A stretch of 64,000 bases of DNA, taken from the IMG/VR virus record IMGVR_UViG_3300025131_009354, positions 1 to 64,000 of that record. One strand, written 5' to 3'. A program made the position numbers and the translations under genes. Numbering within the stretch: position 1 is the first letter of the stretch; every line of letters starts with the position of its first letter. The notes under the pieces are model-generated. The model searched no databases. It saw only the letters and a list, made by a program, of their open reading frames with translations, and was not told the origin of the DNA. The DNA comes from a virus. Below are positions 10,584-20,427 of this stretch, piece by piece.

Positions 10584-10604
10584 AGTTATGGAGGAAAGCC
10601 CCTT

Positions 10605-11240
10605 ATGTCCTACTGGCACCAAATGTATCCGCGCTACCAAAAGGCTGAGCGTCTTGAAGTGAAGAACGGCGAGGCCCGCTTTGAATCTTTGATGGACAAG
10701 AAACTATCCGAAAAGGATCGTAAGTTTGCTGAATCCCTCAAGCGGCAGTTTGAGGATGGCGGCAAGTTAAGCCCCAAGCAGATTGAGTGCATTGAGCGTA
10801 TGGAGCAACGCTACTCCCCCGAAACAGTTCTGAAGCGGCAGCGCTGGACTCAGTCCTACAAGGCTGACCACCGCTCCACCGCTCTCATCGTTGCCAAGTA
10901 CTACCGCACCACTCACTACTTCAGCGACTTGGCAGGCAAGATTTTACTTGAAGAGGACTTCGTTCCAACCGAGCGCCAGTTCGAGGCGATGACTAAAAAC
11001 AAGTATGCCAAGAAGGCCATTGCCACTGCGACTGAGCCGGCTGCCTTTCCGGCAGGTTCGCTCTGTAAGATTCGGGCGAACTATAACTTGGTAAGCAATC
11101 GTGAACTCCACGACCAGTTCGCCTTGGTCATGGAGAACCATCCCATCGGGCTCCACGCCTCTTCAACCCTTCTTGTAAATGGGGCGAAGGTCAGGCTTGA
11201 AGACCGTTGCCTGAAGGCAGCAAAAAAGAAAAAGAAATAA
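10605..11240 (+). CDS. hypothetical early protein with C-terminal SH3-like domain
   Basis: RBS GGAGG; FPAGSLCKI in C-terminal part. Confidence 0.7.
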   Translation: MSYWHQMYPRYQKAERLEVKNGEARFESLMDKKLSEKDRKFAESLKRQFEDGGKLSPKQIECIERMEQRYSPETVLKRQRWTQSYKADHRSTALIVAKYYRTTHYFSDLAGKILLEEDFVPTERQFEAMTKNKYAKKAIATATEPAAFPAGSLCKIRANYNLVSNRELHDQFALVMENHPIGLHASSTLLVNGAKVRLEDRCLKAAKKKKK

Positions 11241-11292
11241 CTTAACAAAAAGTCAATAATGGGGCATAATCCTAATAAGGAGGAGTTAGTTT

Positions 11293-11703
11293 ATGCGTGC
11301 AACAATTAGTTTCGACGTAGACATCGAAAAAGTTAGTACAACAATGTGGGCGCTTGTCCTAGAGGAGGCGGCCAACCTAGGAGAGACCCAGGTCAAGCTT
11401 GAGAATGCTGATCAGGAGAACTTAATGGAAGAGTTGTCTAGGGTGATCGAGCGCTTATCAGAAACGACTAGCCAACTAGGGCAATATCAGCAGATGCTAG
11501 CAGGCTTTGAGCGCGCTAGGCTGGAGACCATCTTGCCAGCACCAGCATCAGAAGACGAAGCGACACAAGCAGGACAGCCGGCATCTAATCTCGGAGAAGT
11601 TAGAGATGCGATTAGAAACATGAAAAGTTTTGATGGTTTCCTGGAGGCTATTAATAATAATTCTCCCGAGGAAGAGGGGAATCATGATCCCGAAGAAGGG
11701 TGA
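11293..11703 (+). CDS. hypothetical coiled-coil protein
   Basis: RBS AAGGAGGAG; upstream TTAACA-N17-CATAAT. Confidence 0.7.
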   Translation: MRATISFDVDIEKVSTTMWALVLEEAANLGETQVKLENADQENLMEELSRVIERLSETTSQLGQYQQMLAGFERARLETILPAPASEDEATQAGQPASNLGEVRDAIRNMKSFDGFLEAINNNSPEEEGNHDPEEG

Positions 11704-11914
11704 CCTAGTATATTTACCTTCAGATATTATGATATTTGGAGTAATTAGTGAAGGTGGAGAAATCCACGACTGGCTGAGCCTGGATGAGCCTACCTACGGG
11801 GTGATGGTTATCCCCAACTATGATGATGAAAACATCTATCACAAGGTTCACGTAAGAGGGAGTGAGTGGTACGTGAGGACAATTGATACAATGGAGGTAA
11901 TGTCCGGTGCTTAA
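11684..11914 (+). CDS. small SH3/KOW-like protein
   Basis: PKKGDLVYL...WYV. Confidence 0.6.
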   Translation: MIPKKGDLVYLPSDIMIFGVISEGGEIHDWLSLDEPTYGVMVIPNYDDENIYHKVHVRGSEWYVRTIDTMEVMSGA

Positions 11915-12218
11915 AGTTTTAGAAGTTTTTGAGAGACAGGCCAGGGTCGCAACTGAGCGCCCAGACGGATCTGAGTATATAAATTTTGAACATGTTTATG
12001 ACACTCGCGAGTGTTTATTAAACACTAATTATATTGTAGCTATACATCCTTACGAGTTTTCTTCCTCGCGAGAAATAAAGAAGACCGAGGGGAGATTCCC
12101 CGAGGGGACTAAGTTTAGCACATTTGTTTTGGACGGTAACTCTTTCCGTCAATCTGAAATTATTGTAATTGGGTCGTTTGAGAAGTTCACGCAGGTTCTT
12201 GGCGACACTGCACAGTGA
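11907..12218 (+). CDS. hypothetical protein
   Basis: RBS GGAGG; overlapping start/stop with neighbours. Confidence 0.6.
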   Translation: MLKVLEVFERQARVATERPDGSEYINFEHVYDTRECLLNTNYIVAIHPYEFSSSREIKKTEGRFPEGTKFSTFVLDGNSFRQSEIIVIGSFEKFTQVLGDTAQ

Positions 12219-12967
12219 GGTTCCCAAGCTGGGGAGAGCTTTTTGATTACCACTGTGGAGTCAAGAGAGACTCTCTTGACCATTTCCCAGGGGGCGAGAA
12301 CCCTCTCTATGAACAGTTTTCCCAGCGTAGGTATAATTATGCCACAGGCTCTGACACCACCTGCTGCCGATTAGTATTTCTAAAAGAGGTTTTAGACGAT
12401 CCGGTGAATAAGACTCTTGTTCGAAATGGGAGATTTATCTGGTGTCGGGAATTAAAATACGAAGGACTATCAGGAAAAGGTTTTCGCCAAATTTCATTTA
12501 GCGTGGACAACGGAAAGAAAAGATTCATAGTGGCAGAGAACAATATCCTATGCCTGCCTTCTGATATTTTTGTTAGCAATAACCGTTACTTCCGTGCAAA
12601 AGGCTCTACATTCACCCCGTTTTCTTCTGTGTTTGGCTATAGAAAAACAATAGCGATGATGTGTAAGAATAGTGAGTTGCCAGCAGAAGAGTTAAGAGAG
12701 AAGATTAAGTCCGAGAACCCTTTCCGTCCCGGCACCCTTGTCTCGCCTAGGCTAGGGTATTTTTTCCCTGACCAGCCTCAAGTTCCTAATAATTACCCTC
12801 AGGTAGCCTACCCAAACCTACTGGAGGAACATCCGTGTGGCATTATTCTGGGGAGAGGAACTTTAAATGATGATCGTTCAGGCAGAGAGTTTTATCGAGT
12901 TCGCTTTGGGGGGACTACTTATGAGAGAGTACACCCTGTTCAATTGGAGATCGTAAATGAAGTTTAG
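12215..12967 (+). CDS. hypothetical protein with C-terminal SH3-like domain
   Basis: FRPGTLVSP...GIIL...YRVRF...VHPVQLEIV. Confidence 0.65.
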   Translation: MRFPSWGELFDYHCGVKRDSLDHFPGGENPLYEQFSQRRYNYATGSDTTCCRLVFLKEVLDDPVNKTLVRNGRFIWCRELKYEGLSGKGFRQISFSVDNGKKRFIVAENNILCLPSDIFVSNNRYFRAKGSTFTPFSSVFGYRKTIAMMCKNSELPAEELREKIKSENPFRPGTLVSPRLGYFFPDQPQVPNNYPQVAYPNLLEEHPCGIILGRGTLNDDRSGREFYRVRFGGTTYERVHPVQLEIVNEV

Positions 12968-13214
12968 ATTATATACGAAGACAGATTGCGTATATTGCCA
13001 GATGGCTATTCGTCTTTTGGCCGAGCATCAGAAAGAATTTGAATGTTTTGCTTTGGATTCAAAGCCAAAATTGCTTAACGAGATCAAGGACACCTACCGA
13101 TGGGAGACTGTGCCGCTTGTAGTGGAAATTACGGAGGGACAAGAAAAGTTTATTGGTGGCTTTACTGATCTTAAAGAATACTTACTTAAAGGCAAGCAAT
13201 TACTCCAAGGATAG
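12957..13214 (+). CDS. glutaredoxin
   Basis: CVYC, TVP, FIGGFTDL. Confidence 0.9.
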   Translation: MKFRLYTKTDCVYCQMAIRLLAEHQKEFECFALDSKPKLLNEIKDTYRWETVPLVVEITEGQEKFIGGFTDLKEYLLKGKQLLQG

Positions 13215-13223
13215 GCAAAATAT

Positions 13224-13826
13224 ATGATATGGACATCAAAGATCTCGCCCTTGATAAAGGATGTAGAACTCCGCAAGCCGCCAGTTATAGTAAAAGTAAA
13301 TAAGTTCACAGAAGAGTCGGCAAAACGCTTCCACGTTGAGATGGCCCAGGCTCACAATAGCGGACAGAAAGTTATTCCTATTGTGATTGATTCTTACGGC
13401 GGACAGGTCTACGCCTTGATGTCTATGATATCAGCGATTGAGTCCTCTGACCTGCCAGTCGCGACAATTGTAGAAGGCAAGGCGATGTCTTGTGGTGCCG
13501 TCCTTCTCACTTTTGGCGAGCAGGGCATGAGGTTCGCCAATCCCAATGCAACCGTGATGATTCATGACGTGAGCAGCGGAGGGCACGGAAAGATAGAAGA
13601 ATTAAAAGCCGACGTAAAAGAGGCCGAAAGGCTTGACGAGAAGATATTTACTATGATGGCTCGTAATTGCGGAAAGAAAGACGACTACTTCAAGAAAAAG
13701 GTTTTTAATAAAAAACATGCTGACTGGTTTATGGATGCCCAGGAAGCAAAGAAACATGGACTTGTCAACCACCTACGTGTTCCCAAGATGAACATCAGGG
13801 TAGAAGTGGACATTGACTTTGGGTAA
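13224..13826 (+). CDS. clpP: ClpP-like serine protease
   Basis: IDSYGG, GKAMSCGA (Ser), VMIHD (His), WFMDAQEAKKHGLV. Confidence 0.9.
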   Translation: MIWTSKISPLIKDVELRKPPVIVKVNKFTEESAKRFHVEMAQAHNSGQKVIPIVIDSYGGQVYALMSMISAIESSDLPVATIVEGKAMSCGAVLLTFGEQGMRFANPNATVMIHDVSSGGHGKIEELKADVKEAERLDEKIFTMMARNCGKKDDYFKKKVFNKKHADWFMDAQEAKKHGLVNHLRVPKMNIRVEVDIDFG

Positions 13827-14311
13827 TGCTGGAACTCGTCTTAGTTTCAGCGATGGCGTATAACTTCCCATCATATTATAATACTCAGCAAGAGTTTAAC
13901 GCCGCTGTCATCATAGATCAAGTTGTAAAAGTCGGCGATGATCCATATTATATGGTAGCTCTTGCCTGGACAGAGTCTCGTCTACAATCAGCCAAAGTAT
14001 CTAGGACTAAAGACTACGGAATTTTTCAGATAAACTATCGTTTCTGGGGAAAGAGGTGGGGTTATGCTAGCCCCCGTAAATTTCTAGAAGATATGTCTGG
14101 CCCAAAGCATGCAACCATTTCTGCCCTTATTGTTCTGAAGGAGATGCGAAAGTACAGAAGCTGCCAAGGGCTTAACCTAGCTGCATGCTATAATGGTGGG
14201 CCAGCTTGGCAAAAATCACGGAACAAAGAAAAGATAATTGCGTACGCAAACAAGGTCAATAGGATGAGAGGCATCCTTAAGAGAGGGTTCCCCGGTTGGG
14301 TGGCACGTTGA
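13826..14311 (+). CDS. lytic transglycosylase (SLT-like)
   Basis: AWTESR catalytic Glu, DYGIFQIN, ACYNGG. Confidence 0.8.
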   Translation: MLELVLVSAMAYNFPSYYNTQQEFNAAVIIDQVVKVGDDPYYMVALAWTESRLQSAKVSRTKDYGIFQINYRFWGKRWGYASPRKFLEDMSGPKHATISALIVLKEMRKYRSCQGLNLAACYNGGPAWQKSRNKEKIIAYANKVNRMRGILKRGFPGWVAR

Positions 14312-14640
14312 AACAGCACTATGGGATCAAGATAACTACAATTCTCAATGCTGCTGAGAAACTTACTGCTGATCTTGATTATTTATGTTCTTTAATAGAG
14401 CAGCCAGATCCAGAGTTTCCTATAGCGGACGCCGTTATCTACGCAACGGCTGTATCTGCGTTGTCTTCACAATTAGACTTTATCACGGAAGACATATCGG
14501 GTAACGACTTAAGCGAAGATGAAGAATATGTTAAACTAACTCAAGACGAAATAGGGATGCTTAATTTATACACAGAGAATGCAGAGGACTCGATTAAGCA
14601 CTTGGAGGAAACATGTGGGATCTCACTAAGAAACAACTAA
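14296..14640 (+). CDS. hypothetical acidic protein
   Basis: operon-coupled ORF. Confidence 0.55.
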   Translation: MGGTLKQHYGIKITTILNAAEKLTADLDYLCSLIEQPDPEFPIADAVIYATAVSALSSQLDFITEDISGNDLSEDEEYVKLTQDEIGMLNLYTENAEDSIKHLEETCGISLRNN

Positions 14641-14825
14641 TTTATATTGGTTTTTATTATTTCTGGATAGTCTTTTTATTGGCATGCGTTGCTTTTGACA
14701 TGGCCTTTGACAACGTAAGCGGCTTTACTTTCGGTTATGCCTTCGCGCTAATCTATTTTATTATTCGCACTCGCGAAGTACACAAAGAGTTGGAGATATT
14801 CAATGATTACGAATCAGAAGATTGA
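14613..14825 (+). CDS. small two-TM membrane protein
   Basis: RBS GGAGG; two hydrophobic helices. Confidence 0.6.
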   Translation: MWDLTKKQLIYIGFYYFWIVFLLACVAFDMAFDNVSGFTFGYAFALIYFIIRTREVHKELEIFNDYESED

Positions 14826-15030
14826 GGTCGGCGAAGTCCAATACTCGAAGTTTTCACAAGTTCTTCGTTTTACTGTGACAGCCAATATCGAAGCTATCCA
14901 AACAATCGAAGATATTACTTATCGCAATGATATGACAATTGAAGAGATTGCCACAAAAATGGGGGAACTTCTAAAAAAAGCGATAGTAAGTGACTACCAC
15001 CGCGGTGGCCTTCGAAGGAAATATGATTAA
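14803..15030 (+). CDS. hypothetical protein
   Basis: RBS GGAG; 75 aa. Confidence 0.55.
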   Translation: MITNQKIEVGEVQYSKFSQVLRFTVTANIEAIQTIEDITYRNDMTIEEIATKMGELLKKAIVSDYHRGGLRRKYD

Positions 15031-15239
15031 TGTTTTATCGTGTTTTGGCAGTAGCTGCGATGATAGCCTACACTCCAATTTATTGGTCTATCCGTGCGGT
15101 GGACAAAGTTAAAGAAACTATAGGACAATAAAGCCAGAGATGTTAAAAGATTTTGCAGCATATACCATCGCCACAGTAATTGGCATTGCTTTTTTAGGCG
15201 TCGTCGCCCTTGGAATGGTCAAGGAAAGCTTGAGAGATA

Positions 15240-15707
15240 TTGACATTGCCCCACCTAACTGAAAATAATTGGAACACACTGGGCGGCCGCCCAATTCTAA
15301 ACATTCAGCAGCGCATTCAGCGCCGCCTTGAAGAAGATCGTTACACTTTCCATGTTGGGACAGATAGCAAATCGTACAAGGATCATACAGTCGTGACCAC
15401 GACCATCTGTTTTCGGGAAAATGGCTCTGGCGCGCTAGTTGCTTATCAGCGGAATAAGGTCGATAATTTTACAAATATTGCAGAACGCTTAATCCATGAG
15501 ACCCTGGTCTCGATTGAGGCTGCGTTCATGGTGCAAGACATCACAGGCACACCCCCCACTGTCCACTCAGACATAAACACAAAAGAATCAGCCTTAAGCA
15601 ATCGATCAATGAGTGTTATAATGGGGATGGTCAACGGGATGGGTTTTCCTGTTAAAGTTAAGCCTAATGCGTGGGCTGCTGATATTGCAGATATGTTTAC
15701 GAGGTAA
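15240..15707 (+). CDS. RNase H-like YkuK (DUF458) family protein
   Basis: FHVGTDS, ERLIHET, VHSDIN, VKVKPNAWAA..AD. Confidence 0.8.
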   Translation: MTLPHLTENNWNTLGGRPILNIQQRIQRRLEEDRYTFHVGTDSKSYKDHTVVTTTICFRENGSGALVAYQRNKVDNFTNIAERLIHETLVSIEAAFMVQDITGTPPTVHSDINTKESALSNRSMSVIMGMVNGMGFPVKVKPNAWAADIADMFTR

Positions 15708-15708
15708 G

Positions 15709-15966
15709 ATGAGTACATCACAGAAGAAGCGAAAATGTTTATTAACTTGTGCGCGCAAGAAGTCCAATCTGCCCAATACAAACAACAGGCTTAAGGAGTT
15801 GTGCCTAGATCCAATACACATTCAAGAGTGGAATCTGTGGCTTAACTATTATGAGCCAATAGTTCGTAACGACCCATATTTTGAACATGAATTGATTACT
15901 CGTGGCCGACCACTTGCTTGGTTCGTTGCGGAACTCAACCAGAGAAAAAATAAATATATTTCTTGA
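15709..15966 (+). CDS. hypothetical protein
   Basis: RBS GAGGT before ATG. Confidence 0.5.
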   Translation: MSTSQKKRKCLLTCARKKSNLPNTNNRLKELCLDPIHIQEWNLWLNYYEPIVRNDPYFEHELITRGRPLAWFVAELNQRKNKYIS

Positions 15967-15977
15967 AAGGAAATACA

Positions 15978-16346
15978 ATGCTTACTGATGAAGAGATCAA
16001 CAAACATATTGATATTTTTAAAACATTTTGCAAGAATAATAGATTGAGACTAAGAGAAGCTGGCGATGGAATGCCTATAGCCCGAGCTATCGGGAAGTTT
16101 AACGAAGACCAGTTTTTTTGTAACTTTCGCACTGGGACTATTGGCGTCTTTGTTACCCGCGAGACTCAACGACAGTTTACTTACTTACATAAGAAGCTGA
16201 CTAAGTTAGGCTGCGTAGCTACGCAACTGGGGGATTTCGAGGCCGCATATGATTTGGAGTGGATGAACATCCCTCCCGTAGCACGGCTGCTAAAAATAAA
16301 GAAAGGTGCTGCCAAAGTGAGAGATCCAAAGTGGCTACGAGATTAA
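15978..16346 (+). CDS. hypothetical protein
   Basis: RBS AAAGGA; 122 aa. Confidence 0.6.
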   Translation: MLTDEEINKHIDIFKTFCKNNRLRLREAGDGMPIARAIGKFNEDQFFCNFRTGTIGVFVTRETQRQFTYLHKKLTKLGCVATQLGDFEAAYDLEWMNIPPVARLLKIKKGAAKVRDPKWLRD

Positions 16347-16347
16347 G

Positions 16348-16551
16348 ATGAGGAAGAACCAAATAGAAGCAGTTAGAAAGTGGCTTAGTGACTCCACTCT
16401 TCCTCGCACGGCCGAGTTTGAAGAATTGTCCCTGCTTACTGCCCAATTTATATTTGCTGCTACATATTACTACGACAGGGTAAAGCTTCATATGCTATTG
16501 CACCCTTTGTTTTATTTGGCGGGCTTCTTAACTTCTTATTATTTGTTATAG
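16348..16551 (+). CDS. small membrane protein
   Basis: hydrophobic C-terminus. Confidence 0.45.
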   Translation: MRKNQIEAVRKWLSDSTLPRTAEFEELSLLTAQFIFAATYYYDRVKLHMLLHPLFYLAGFLTSYYLL

Positions 16552-16575
16552 TTAATAGAATGGAGATATAATATT

Positions 16576-16836
16576 ATGAGTGACACACCTAGAAAAAAAC
16601 CAACCCCAAAAATCGAAATAAAAAATGAAAAAGGAAACAATACATTTAAAAGGAGCGACGTCACGAAACACGATGTTCGCCCCCTTAAGGGATTCGAGGA
16701 AGGTCTTCAGAGGATATTAGAAAAGTTTGAATTCCCAGAGGAATCTCGCCGCGAAATTTTTTCACGCATCAAAGAATACACCAACGCCCAACAAGCCGGC
16801 AAACCAAAGAAAGATAATCAAAATGACCAAGACTAA
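16576..16836 (+). CDS. hypothetical protein
   Basis: TAGTTA motif and GGAG upstream. Confidence 0.55.
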   Translation: MSDTPRKKPTPKIEIKNEKGNNTFKRSDVTKHDVRPLKGFEEGLQRILEKFEFPEESRREIFSRIKEYTNAQQAGKPKKDNQNDQD

Positions 16837-17062
16837 TCAAGAATTTGAAACCACTGTCAAGGAATTCGTGAATAAGCTCACGACCATCGAGAATGAGATG
16901 ACAATCCTTCGACAAGATCGCACAGAACTATTTGCAGAGATGAAGAGTCGTCTAGACCCTCGATCATTTCGGGCAGCCCTCAAGATTCATAATTTACAAA
17001 CGTCCACCCCAGATCAAACTTCTTTAACAAGAATTCTGGAAGTTTTGGAAACTTGTGAATAG
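16823..17062 (+). CDS. GapR/DUF2312-like (T4 DsbA-like) DNA-binding protein
   Basis: VKEFVNKLTTIENE...DRTELFAEMK.RLDP..FRAALKI coiled-coil pattern. Confidence 0.6.
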   Translation: MTKTNQEFETTVKEFVNKLTTIENEMTILRQDRTELFAEMKSRLDPRSFRAALKIHNLQTSTPDQTSLTRILEVLETCE

Positions 17063-17071
17063 TTATATATT

Positions 17072-17556
17072 ATGGGGTAAAGCAGAAAAAACCACTTGAA
17101 CTTTGTGTCGCATTCTACAAGGGCGAAGGAGAATGGCACCATCGGCTTGTCCGCAGCACTACTCAATCGGTTTATTCTCATGCAGAACTGATCATGCCCG
17201 ACGGCAAAGCAATCAGCATCCAGCCATTCAGCACCGCAGGCATTCGCAAGATATGGTTTGAGGACGAAGAAGACGCTAAGGACTACGACATAATCTGTGT
17301 ACCGGCTAGCCAAGAACAGATTGATACGATAGAGGCTTTCTTCCACGACACCAGGGGAGATGGCTATGATTGGGCTGGAATGATTCTCTCAAAAATTACA
17401 CCGTTCCACATCAAGCGGACAGGCCGCTGGTATTGTTCTGAGTGGATTGCGTATGCTCTTCGGCTAGCCGGCGCGGTTGACAACCTCTATCATTATTCCG
17501 ATTTAACGCCGCAAAGGCTCTATGAAGTGCTGCATCACTATGCCAACCAAGACTAA
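17072..17556 (+). CDS. permuted papain-like (YaeF/YiiX, NlpC/P60) enzyme; start anomalous
   Basis: frame extends upstream of 17194 through AFYKG and YSHAEL; YDW.G and WYCSEW; no in-frame canonical start. Confidence 0.7.
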
Positions 17557-17785
17557 AGAATATTCTGTCTTTGCGCCGGGCAACCTTGTCACCTGCGCAA
17601 AAGATCTTTATTCGTCTACTCCTATCGGCGGCTTGGCCGGATCCGAGAACCAAGTTGTCTATGGGACAGTGGGGCTCATTATCTGTGGGCCAAACTCTGA
17701 GCGCAGGGCTCAATACCAAGTACAGTTTCTTAATAATGTTACTTGGTGGGTAAATCATAATGAGATAGAACCCTATATAAGTTAG
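17540..17785 (+). CDS. small SH3/KOW-like protein
   Basis: FAPGNLV...VGLII...YQVQF...WWV...EIE. Confidence 0.65.
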   Translation: MPTKTKEYSVFAPGNLVTCAKDLYSSTPIGGLAGSENQVVYGTVGLIICGPNSERRAQYQVQFLNNVTWWVNHNEIEPYIS

Positions 17786-17823
17786 GGAAGAATGCTGTAT
17801 AATAAAACAAGAAGGGGGTCAAC

Positions 17824-18105
17824 ATGACCAACAATATTAATTATCAACAAATTTTCGAAGAAGAGATTTCCGAGCACACAAAGTCCTCCGCAAACTTAGC
17901 TGAGCGTTTTTTTGAGTTGCCTTACGAGCAGAGATGCTTAGTGGAGTCATTGATGGATGCAGCATACCAGCGTGCTGTGGATGACGCCTTCAATCCGGAG
18001 GTTGTTTTGGAGACTGCCGAGCTAGCTGGGGAGATGGGTGCGCAGCTTTATAATTTTGCAAATATGCTGCAAACATACCTGTCTGATCCGGATGAAACCG
18101 ACTGA
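17824..18105 (+). CDS. hypothetical protein
   Basis: TGTATAAT upstream; purine-rich RBS. Confidence 0.6.
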   Translation: MTNNINYQQIFEEEISEHTKSSANLAERFFELPYEQRCLVESLMDAAYQRAVDDAFNPEVVLETAELAGEMGAQLYNFANMLQTYLSDPDETD

Positions 18106-18448
18106 CAGAACTACTTATAATGAGGGCGATTTAGTCGAAGTGATCCGTGTTGGATCCTTCACTATTTGTTATACGCTAGAGGGCGAATTCCCTGGCGTTA
18201 GGGAGTGTCCGGTGCAAGAACTAGAGGTCTATACGCACCCAAAGCGCCGTTATGAAAATATTTTTCTAAATCTTGAAGGAAAAGCGGCCTTGATCGTCTA
18301 TGTTTCGCGGAATAAATTGTTGCAGCCAGTGGGTTACCGAGTTTTAATTGAGGGCAAAGAAATGTTTTGCAAATCTATCGTTGCTGAAAAATATTTTAAA
18401 CTCATAGGAACCCAGGGCAATGCGATTAGGAGATCTGGTAAGATTTAA
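18092..18448 (+). CDS. SH3/KOW-like protein
   Basis: YNEGDLVEV...YRVL. Confidence 0.6.
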   Translation: MKPTDRTTYNEGDLVEVIRVGSFTICYTLEGEFPGVRECPVQELEVYTHPKRRYENIFLNLEGKAALIVYVSRNKLLQPVGYRVLIEGKEMFCKSIVAEKYFKLIGTQGNAIRRSGKI

Positions 18449-18599
18449 AACACACGACCACCAAGTTGAGTGGTACATCGGGTTGCTTCTTCGTTACGAC
18501 AAGTTTACCAAAGTGGCTGAAATCATGGTAGGAGAGCATCTATATTATGCGCCTGGAAGATTGGTCAACACTCACCAACGAGGGAGGCGACACCCATGA
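18420..18599 (+). CDS. small SH3/KOW-like protein (59 aa, absent from ORF track)
   Basis: translated by hand: MRLGDLVRFK...IGLLL. Confidence 0.6.
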   Translation: MRLGDLVRFKTHDHQVEWYIGLLLRYDKFTKVAEIMVGEHLYYAPGRLVNTHQRGRRHP

Positions 18600-18722
18600 G
18601 ATTGACATCTATAGAGGTAATATTGTTTATCGCTGCATGTATCTTTTTATATACCCAATGGAATTAGGCTTAACGGCACACGCCTAACGTGGTAAATTAG
18701 CACTCTAAAGAGGTGCTTTTTT

Positions 18723-18953
18723 ATGCGAAGAATCATTTTGTGCTTATTCTTGTCCGCAGCCTGCGCAACAGCAGAAAAACACCCCGATACATGCTGCGAG
18801 CGGCTTCAGACCCGCAATCAAATGCTGAAAAAATATGAACGACTCTGCATTGGGCTTGTCTTTTTAGAGGGACGATTCAAGGGTGATGCAAGGGCTGTAG
18901 AAAATATTAGAGCAGGACTGGAGGTTTGCAAATATGTATATGGAGTGAGGTAA
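18723..18953 (+). CDS. small Cys-rich lipoprotein
   Basis: signal peptide with lipobox-like LSAAC; CCERL; paralogue of 24049. Confidence 0.65.
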   Translation: MRRIILCLFLSAACATAEKHPDTCCERLQTRNQMLKKYERLCIGLVFLEGRFKGDARAVENIRAGLEVCKYVYGVR

Positions 18954-18971
18954 AAAATAATGGAAGAGTGA

Positions 18972-19313
18972 TTGCCCTATGCAAACAAAGGAGAGCCCGT
19001 GACCGAAGATAAAAAGCCCCCTATCCGGAAAGATAGACGCAGGGCAAAAAAGAAAACACATAAACTAACAAAGCGCCACGTCGAGATGATCAGGTCTCAA
19101 AAGGGAAAGCAGTCAGTCAGAGAGATTGCTAAATGGTTTGCCCGAGAGACTCACCATATTTATAAGATCTCTCCGTCGATGGTTCATCACATCCTGACCG
19201 GCAAGCGGCATGCTCGCAAAGAAGATCAGGTATCGATCTACGACCTGATCGCCGACGAGGCCAGCGAGGAAGAGCTTGAAAAGCTTGACCCAAAAAAAGT
19301 TGATTTTAATTAA
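18972..19313 (+). CDS. basic HTH DNA-binding protein
   Basis: KLT...VEMIR...SVREIA...ISPSMVHHILTGK; start uncertain. Confidence 0.6.
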   Translation: MPYANKGEPVTEDKKPPIRKDRRRAKKKTHKLTKRHVEMIRSQKGKQSVREIAKWFARETHHIYKISPSMVHHILTGKRHARKEDQVSIYDLIADEASEEELEKLDPKKVDFN

Positions 19314-19331
19314 AAAAAGATGCGTTTTTTA

Positions 19332-19360
19332 CTTGACCAGAACCCTATCCGTGGTAATAT
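19332..19360 (+). promoter_or_regulatory. sigma70-like early promoter
   Basis: TTGACC-N16-TAATAT with TG; near-identical to the 20487 promoter. Confidence 0.75.
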
Positions 19361-19383
19361 AGTGTTACAAGGAGAGAGAATAA

Positions 19384-20427
19384 ATGGCTGTTGACTTCAA
19401 AACCTTCGTATCCCTGGCCCCCGCAGTTAGCGCTGCTCGGTTGCCCGTCTTGCTTCGTGGTCGCCACGGCATCGGCAAAAGCCAGGTTGTTTATCAACTC
19501 GCAGGTACCCTCGGGCTTCCTGTTATTGAGCGCCGTGCCAGCCAGATGACTGAGGGCGACCTTGTTGGTCTGCCCAGCATCGAGGGCAACCGTACCACGT
19601 TCAATCCGCCGGATTGGTTCAAGCAAGCTTGCGAAGAGCCCGCCGTCCTCTTCCTCGACGAGGTTGATCGTGCTACTCTTGAGGTTCGTCAGGGCATCTT
19701 TGAGTTGACTGACAGCCGTAAGCTTAACGGGCACACTCTTCACGAAGATACCATCGTCTTCGCTGCCATCAACGGCGGTGATCATGGCGAGAGCTATCAG
19801 GTCAATGAGATGGATCCTGCTGAACTTGATCGTTGGAGCGTCTGGGATGTCGAGCCCACTACTGAAGACTGGCTCGCCTGGGGTAAGAACAATGTTGATA
19901 GTCTTGTTTGGGACTTCATTAACCAGAACCGTGCCCACCTTGAGCATACTACCGATATTGAGCCCAACAAGCGCTATCCCAGCCGTCGTAGCTGGAAGCG
20001 ACTGAATGATGTTTTGGTCAACGCTGACATGATCAAAGAGGCATCACCGGCCATGTTCAACCTGGCTCAAAGCTTCGTTGGGTTTGAAGCTGCGGTAGCC
20101 CTCAACGATTTCGCTAAGAATTACGAGCGGGTCGTAACTGTTGATCAGCTTCTGGCTGGCGAACGTGTCGAAGCTCTGGCGGCCTTCTCGCTCAATGAGC
20201 ACTGCGCCATGATCGAAAAGATCGACGCCGAAGAGGCATGCAAGAAGGAACTCACCGAAGAGCAGATCAGCAACCTGGCTACCTACTTCGTCAGCCTGCC
20301 TAGCGAAGCTGCCATGAAGCTCTGGGGACTCGTCAGCAAAGGCGGAGTACAGGGCAATGTGGTGAACTTCCACGCTGCCAACGACGGCGATGTTGGGGCA
20401 CACTTGAGCAATATTCTGGGAGCATAA
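19384..20427 (+). CDS. MoxR-like AAA+ ATPase
   Basis: Walker A GRHGIGKS; EGDLVGLP; Walker B LFLDEVDR; MDPAELDRW; PSRRSW. Confidence 0.88.
   Translation: MAVDFKTFVSLAPAVSAARLPVLLRGRHGIGKSQVVYQLAGTLGLPVIERRASQMTEGDLVGLPSIEGNRTTFNPPDWFKQACEEPAVLFLDEVDRATLEVRQGIFELTDSRKLNGHTLHEDTIVFAAINGGDHGESYQVNEMDPAELDRWSVWDVEPTTEDWLAWGKNNVDSLVWDFINQNRAHLEHTTDIEPNKRYPSRRSWKRLNDVLVNADMIKEASPAMFNLAQSFVGFEAAVALNDFAKNYERVVTVDQLLAGERVEALAAFSLNEHCAMIEKIDAEEACKKELTEEQISNLATYFVSLPSEAAMKLWGLVSKGGVQGNVVNFHAANDGDVGAHLSNILGA

Noticed and set aside
18697-18722. TTAGCACTC resembling a CIRCE (HrcA) operator
   Set aside because: The second arm GAGTGCTAA at N9 spacing is missing and the site is far from groEL; it reads better as a weak terminator hairpin
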